DNA of 64,000 nucleotides from the NCBI GenBank assembly GCA_964555875.1, contig CAZKUD010000004.1, forward strand, positions 3,580 to 67,579, written 5' to 3'. Each line of letters opens with the position of its first letter. Positions within the stretch are counted from its first letter, which is position 1. The notes below the pieces were generated by a model. That model was not told the origin of the DNA. It saw nothing but the letters and a program-made list of their open reading frames with translations, and did not search any database. Positions 63,101 to 64,000 of this stretch are shown here, in pieces. Both the position numbers and the translations under genes were made by a program. Origin of the DNA: an uncultured archaeon. GTDB taxonomy: Archaea; Aenigmatarchaeota; Aenigmatarchaeia; QMZP01.

Positions 63101-64000
63101 AGGTTGTAAGTCACATTGCTGTAGCTGCTTGACAGCGTCTCGTTCAGGACTAAGGTGGAGTTGTCCGAGCGCCTTATCTGGCACTCGATGTTCTGTCCGG
63201 ATGAACCCGAGAACTCCTGGAAGGTTATGTTGAACTCGGACTTGTGCGTCCCCCATGTCACGCTGGCGTTCTGGGGCTCATAAATACCCTCGGGCCAGGT
63301 TATGTTGATCCAGTATATGACGTCACTTATCAGGACGCCGTTCTTGCTCGTGCTGTATGCGGTGTACTCTGACCTGTCGAACGCCTTGGCCTTGCAGGTC
63401 CAGTTCTCCCCCACCTGCGTCATTGAGCTGTTCAGGGTGCCGGCAATACCAAGCCCTGTGCCGGTTATGGTGTTGGAGAAGCCGCCGTACTTGTAAAGCA
63501 CAGCCGGGACAGAGCCGTAGTCGTCGTCCCTTCCAGTGACGAGGAGGTTATCATGATTGTCAACAGCTATACCGTATCCCATCTCGGTTGAGCCCGGATC
63601 ACCTATGCTCCAGTTCATCACCATGTCGCCTGTGCCGTTGAGTATCAGGACCAGCATGTCCCCTCCGAAGCCGTAGGAAGATGCGTTTCCTGTCACTATG
63701 GTCTGGCCCATGCTGTCTATGGCCACGTCATATGCCAGGTCTGGGCCGGATGAGGTTCCCCAGGTGAACCTCCAGTTCTGGGTTCCGGATGAACTGTAGT
63801 TTGCGACGAATATGTCGCACACTCCCTCGTATCCTATGCTCGTGCAGTTGTCTCCTGTCACTATTATGTTGTCCTGGCTGTCAATAGCAAGGGCATGCGG
63901 GAAGTTGGAGAAGGCCGAGCCCCCGGCAATGAACGGTTCCGACCACATAAGGCTTCCGTTCGGCATGTACTTGTTTATGACCCAGTAATAGTAGGTGCCG
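54184..64000 (-). CDS. Giant cell-surface protein (at least 3270 aa; the N-terminus lies beyond the window) with an SBBP beta-propeller, parallel beta-helix (NosD/PbH1-like) repeats, TSP3-like calcium-binding Asp/Cys-rich repeats and Ig-like segments
   Basis: Single uninterrupted minus-strand frame. The reading frame stays open past the first in-window Met (63966) to the window edge. Motifs include YGIAVDNHDNLLVTG (SBBP), repeated NxS/T-rich beta-helix turns, and DFDQDGWTEGV...CDMCPNQVNTGQDDDADGIDNICD. Confidence 0.85.
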   Translation of the reverse strand, partial: GTYYYWVINKYMPNGSLMWSEPFIAGGSAFSNFPHALAIDSQDNIIVTGDNCTSIGYEGVCDIFVANYSSSGTQNWRFTWGTSSGPDLAYDVAIDSMGQTIVTGNASSYGFGGDMLVLILNGTGDMVMNWSIGDPGSTEMGYGIAVDNHDNLLVTGRDDDYGSVPAVLYKYGGFSNTITGTGLGIAGTLNSSMTQVGENWTCKAKAFDRSEYTAYSTSKNGVLISDVIYWINITWPEGIYEPQNASVTWGTHKSEFNITFQEFSGSSGQNIECQIRRSDNSTLVLNETLSSSYSNVTYNLSYTLTANDWDSSYIDRDQPWYVYNCSLRASEGGSAIYTNSSDYGSPLRKNIFVHGNFWTKFDTQTDDGYKAQSCYQGFDKVYFNNTRRCDWAGDVTFSVKMSQGAQVEGWCHNGQDDDTDAATDCSDDDCSGITYSCLSHPSLPDPAFNYSGTAVCSNGVCSETATVGGYPVTYYFNQYVRNSSTESLKVRFDAGNHNDAQGRIMEFAITSLQSGNWTGCDKYAGPGSHNLTQTSTSGITCKAWEQSSYSGDIDMVLYTNLSSYGEGQTTFELTITQYGDSLLIENIPLYINDSSPTAWNESDPMAGVIDDPCADSWDNDMDYYSNCADQDCDLQVGGSDCTGGDAYCEYGLELTCYDCFNNDAEDGYDCAEAECDLKPGDYQDMTNLCEYQEGAGFSNATHESFYPWKTACQDTFDNDQDAASPYGPLLNIDCCDTTVCWQKGGTSTDTSNFPCPAQENNTANNTVGSWCHDGIDNDYDDGSNNADCNVNTGADCRDYDCRGVSNTTHTCPVHEAYNLTGQFNASQCFDGIDNDLDNPSMTYNAPAANIDCADLDCLGVANPANPNQVCYPYEFNLAQHYQFCADSFDNDGDAHAGWPGGTDCGDSDCYQQFNGCGPCPEEENVTWDSCANGLDDDYDNTADSFTDGQDCADINCSGEIGSTANGERCEYGTETSCFDGFDNDAQGGADCADSDCNGVGWCEHGTETTCSDDLDNDADGYIDCVDTDCYGVGTCSPKLWSTVGCLTVPAWTGNSRVGSSTIYTNHLYRLHVYDNFTINITGTGTYWAIAMIIGKTSPPADPFPFNATNCTLIDPTDSLQWVTSGDDLGTIQDINVSQSTPLNGFSISLTCGGNESAQSESYPVTISNQLSSGTESGSKTHSYTIYENVAPSVHRIEAGPVNATDGINIPYGGTVRYRANASNDPSGICQCQFDLDSSSFPNTDGDCTYSTTYTQDDGVYTVRARSRDRANNLGSYGGSRTFQINVMPVSTSTNINKTEPFFYSTEDMGFGASFQTSSDGSFPGTCNYYIQDAMGSVYSSGTLTKTSLGSGAAECNGTIPVPNIDMLYTVYVNITDEDGDQVSSESRVFYVCDSLASNGTGWTCAKADFDQDGWTEGVTISMYGQGFVCDMCPGQVNTGRDDDADGIDNVCDLSCGFINNDTTMIQDLNVTGDCFIINASNITFDCADYILRGDGSGIAINVTGQENVSIFNCTILNFTDAIMLHDSNSSHVWENTLYNNSNSGVIVELSNNGTLEQNNVSSNAQGVYLDTSENITVYNNTADYNYIGIYDYNSIFNSIRLNTVRDSSQSGIYLDSAENITVSGNALERNPVGILLDSADNNSVCLNTVRDSSQIGIHLDSAENNTISNNTFLENQIGANLTDNSVGNVLYSNNFTGSIGYHAGSVSGNMFYRTNTSKPQGYQHEGNTWDDLSTLQIFDTDGDGFGDYGSQYPYNATNGANVTGFVNDLGPYPANLTTVVAWLNISFPEGVYEPYNATIPGTHKFDFNITFQNFSASSGSILECEIEMSNGSMLYLNKTLGSSVSNGQEYLNHNMSFSDSYNKTSPWWVHNCSLYNSGRGLLYTNATDYGREPWLGKKIFVHGNTWNRFDDIGDDAYRALDCFLQFDKVFFNNTYRCDYSGDVAFAVAMSRGVNIEGWCHDGQDNDGNVLSDCGDQYCGGITYSCANHTPVDDPFGGTCSNGICWETKTVGGHSTTYYYTRYVQNGGTLKFRFDGGSYSTGQPIAFALTDLDDGFVSYGKYPAPGSHNLTSDQIAQSGGQNVTYKAEDASGYTGDIDMVMYVNLTSGWSSGEHNITVSITQYGSNLIIYDVPIIVSSSAPTNWNETEEMSGTISAPCSDPAVSGYVPDNDLDYYPNCADQDCDGFIGGTNCTSGNAYCEYGLELTCYDCFNNDAQDGYDCADADCDLKPGDYQDMTNLCEYQEGAGFSNATHESFYPWRTACADLFDNDQDASTPYSTGYTDYIDCCDPTVCWQKGGTSTSDPCPSNESNLAGWCFDGINNDYDDGSNSRSCSQTGGSDCRDYDCRGQTNGTDTCPTNERHNRYGQVNDSQCFDNIDNDLDNPSMTYTGPAANIDCADVDCLGVANPANPNEVCYPYEFNLAQHYQFCNNNYDDDGDNSQGWPNGGTDCTDPDCNRKFGSCGPCPGEENYTWSSCSDGLDNDHMMPTGITDCADINCSGEIGSTANGEACEYGTETSCFDGFDNDAQGGADCADVDCNGVGWCEYGTETSCTDGLDNDADGYYDCADSDCYGVGACPSQGWSTVGCTTIPYTTSPSAVGGTTVSVGHLQRHYVFTNYTVRVVGSGSYNSISIILGDATDPTRYFPYNASNCTMSGTNANKLRYVSTQDQVGRIDHDPGQVGAGNPLNGFDVTLNCGGVSSPQAKTYSISITNSLSDGSPDNGAGTRSPTVYENTPPTVSSVEVGPINSSNFVNIPYGGTIRYRAIPSSDPSGICRCAFDLDGTVVQSSDGNCLYATTYTDDDGSYQLSANATDGADNTGTNGGSRTIGINVMPVPTAASINMTEPFYRSTDGALIGASFRTADSGNFQSAACNAYIEDSSGSVVWSGTLTKTGGSGSTVECNGTVPAPNSDGMYRAYVNVTDEDGDQVSSYKKVFYVCDSLTSRGTGWTCAKADFDQDGWTEGVNTSLYGDPNMVCDMCPNQVNTGQDDDADGIDNICDTQASLLSIWDSGDPAGGGQTIRVGQSVGFYANYTSGGSALTSSSCNISFSDGQYQMSYSIPTALYTFSRSFSSHGTYGWNVTCHRGGYDSKSENDTLTVSGAAVGNLTISLTINNTSNMVYVPGAGAKPASQWGTVWNSPPSYYLASYGSGVLYGLVFAYQNPEFLRYDKTPSSHTMTVALGKDNPLAFLVFTKGDWRAIEEKMGLIKSQQFLEKPSPSFGYGLGLYSTVKSLLGYGNIDVQSDLILNPGTHKLILESNKTGSGYALTVRRG
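54950..64000 (-). repeat. Intragenic tandem duplication: two modules of about 4.65 kb (about 1550 aa each) at high nucleotide identity within the giant surface-protein gene
   Basis: Near-identical segments offset by 4640-4650 nt (for example 55000-55080 vs 59641-59720, and 57340-57410 vs 61990-62060). Confidence 0.8.

Noticed and set aside
54416-63540. Numerous 60-190-aa ORFs on both strands inside 54184-64000
   Set aside because: All are out-of-frame or antisense fragments within the single giant surface-protein frame.
1-64000. CRISPR arrays, transposases/IS elements, integrases, toxin-antitoxin pairs
   Set aside because: No direct-repeat/spacer periodicity and no DDE, tyrosine-recombinase or Cas motifs seen on either strand. 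Apart from the intein, the window looks like core chromosome.

Overview
This window is a gene-dense chromosomal segment of a high-GC (roughly 55-60%) euryarchaeon. The euryarchaeal assignment rests on RadB, the TrmB regulator, fibrillarin, L15e/L37e/S8e/S15P ribosomal proteins, an Sm protein, TBP, archaeal-type TyrRS/TrpRS and promoters with a recurring TTTATAAATG TATA element; a Thermoplasmatota-like origin is only a guess. Genes are tightly packed, with many ATGA/TGATG start-stop overlaps. I saw no CRISPR array, transposase or phage genes. The only mobile element is a LAGLIDADG intein inside a class II (B12-dependent) ribonucleotide reductase gene, which is translationally coupled to a cob(I)alamin adenosyltransferase gene (cobO). 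Other points of interest follow. (1) An anaerobic RNR operon nrdD-nrdG-X-Y: NrdD carries an NrdR-like zinc-ribbon/ATP-cone N-terminus and is preceded by NrdR-box-like palindromes 96 bp apart, and X/Y are a LOG/nucleoside-deoxyribosyltransferase-like::Maf fusion plus a second NDT/DNPH1-like protein. (2) Phe-tRNA-synthetase B3/4-like domains fused to both TrpRS (N-terminal) and MetRS (C-terminal). (3) A hairpin family with a conserved loop (AGAAGCG-NN-AGCUCU core) and co-varying stems, present three times immediately 3' of stop codons. (4) A roughly 200-nt intron-containing class II tRNA next to tRNA-His. (5) A FlaI/VirB11-family ATPase with a 300-aa Cys-containing N-terminal extension, flanked by coiled-coil proteins and a zinc-ribbon micro-ORF coupled to nadK. 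(6) A membrane glycosylation island (GT39/83-like, GT2 with QxxRW, thioredoxin-like, GtrA). (7) A surface protein over 3270 aa, truncated by the window edge, built from two tandem 4.65-kb modules (parallel beta-helix, TSP3-like Ca-binding Cys-rich repeats and an SBBP beta-propeller). Most six-frame ORFs in the supplied track are antisense or overlapping artefacts of the high GC content and were not annotated.
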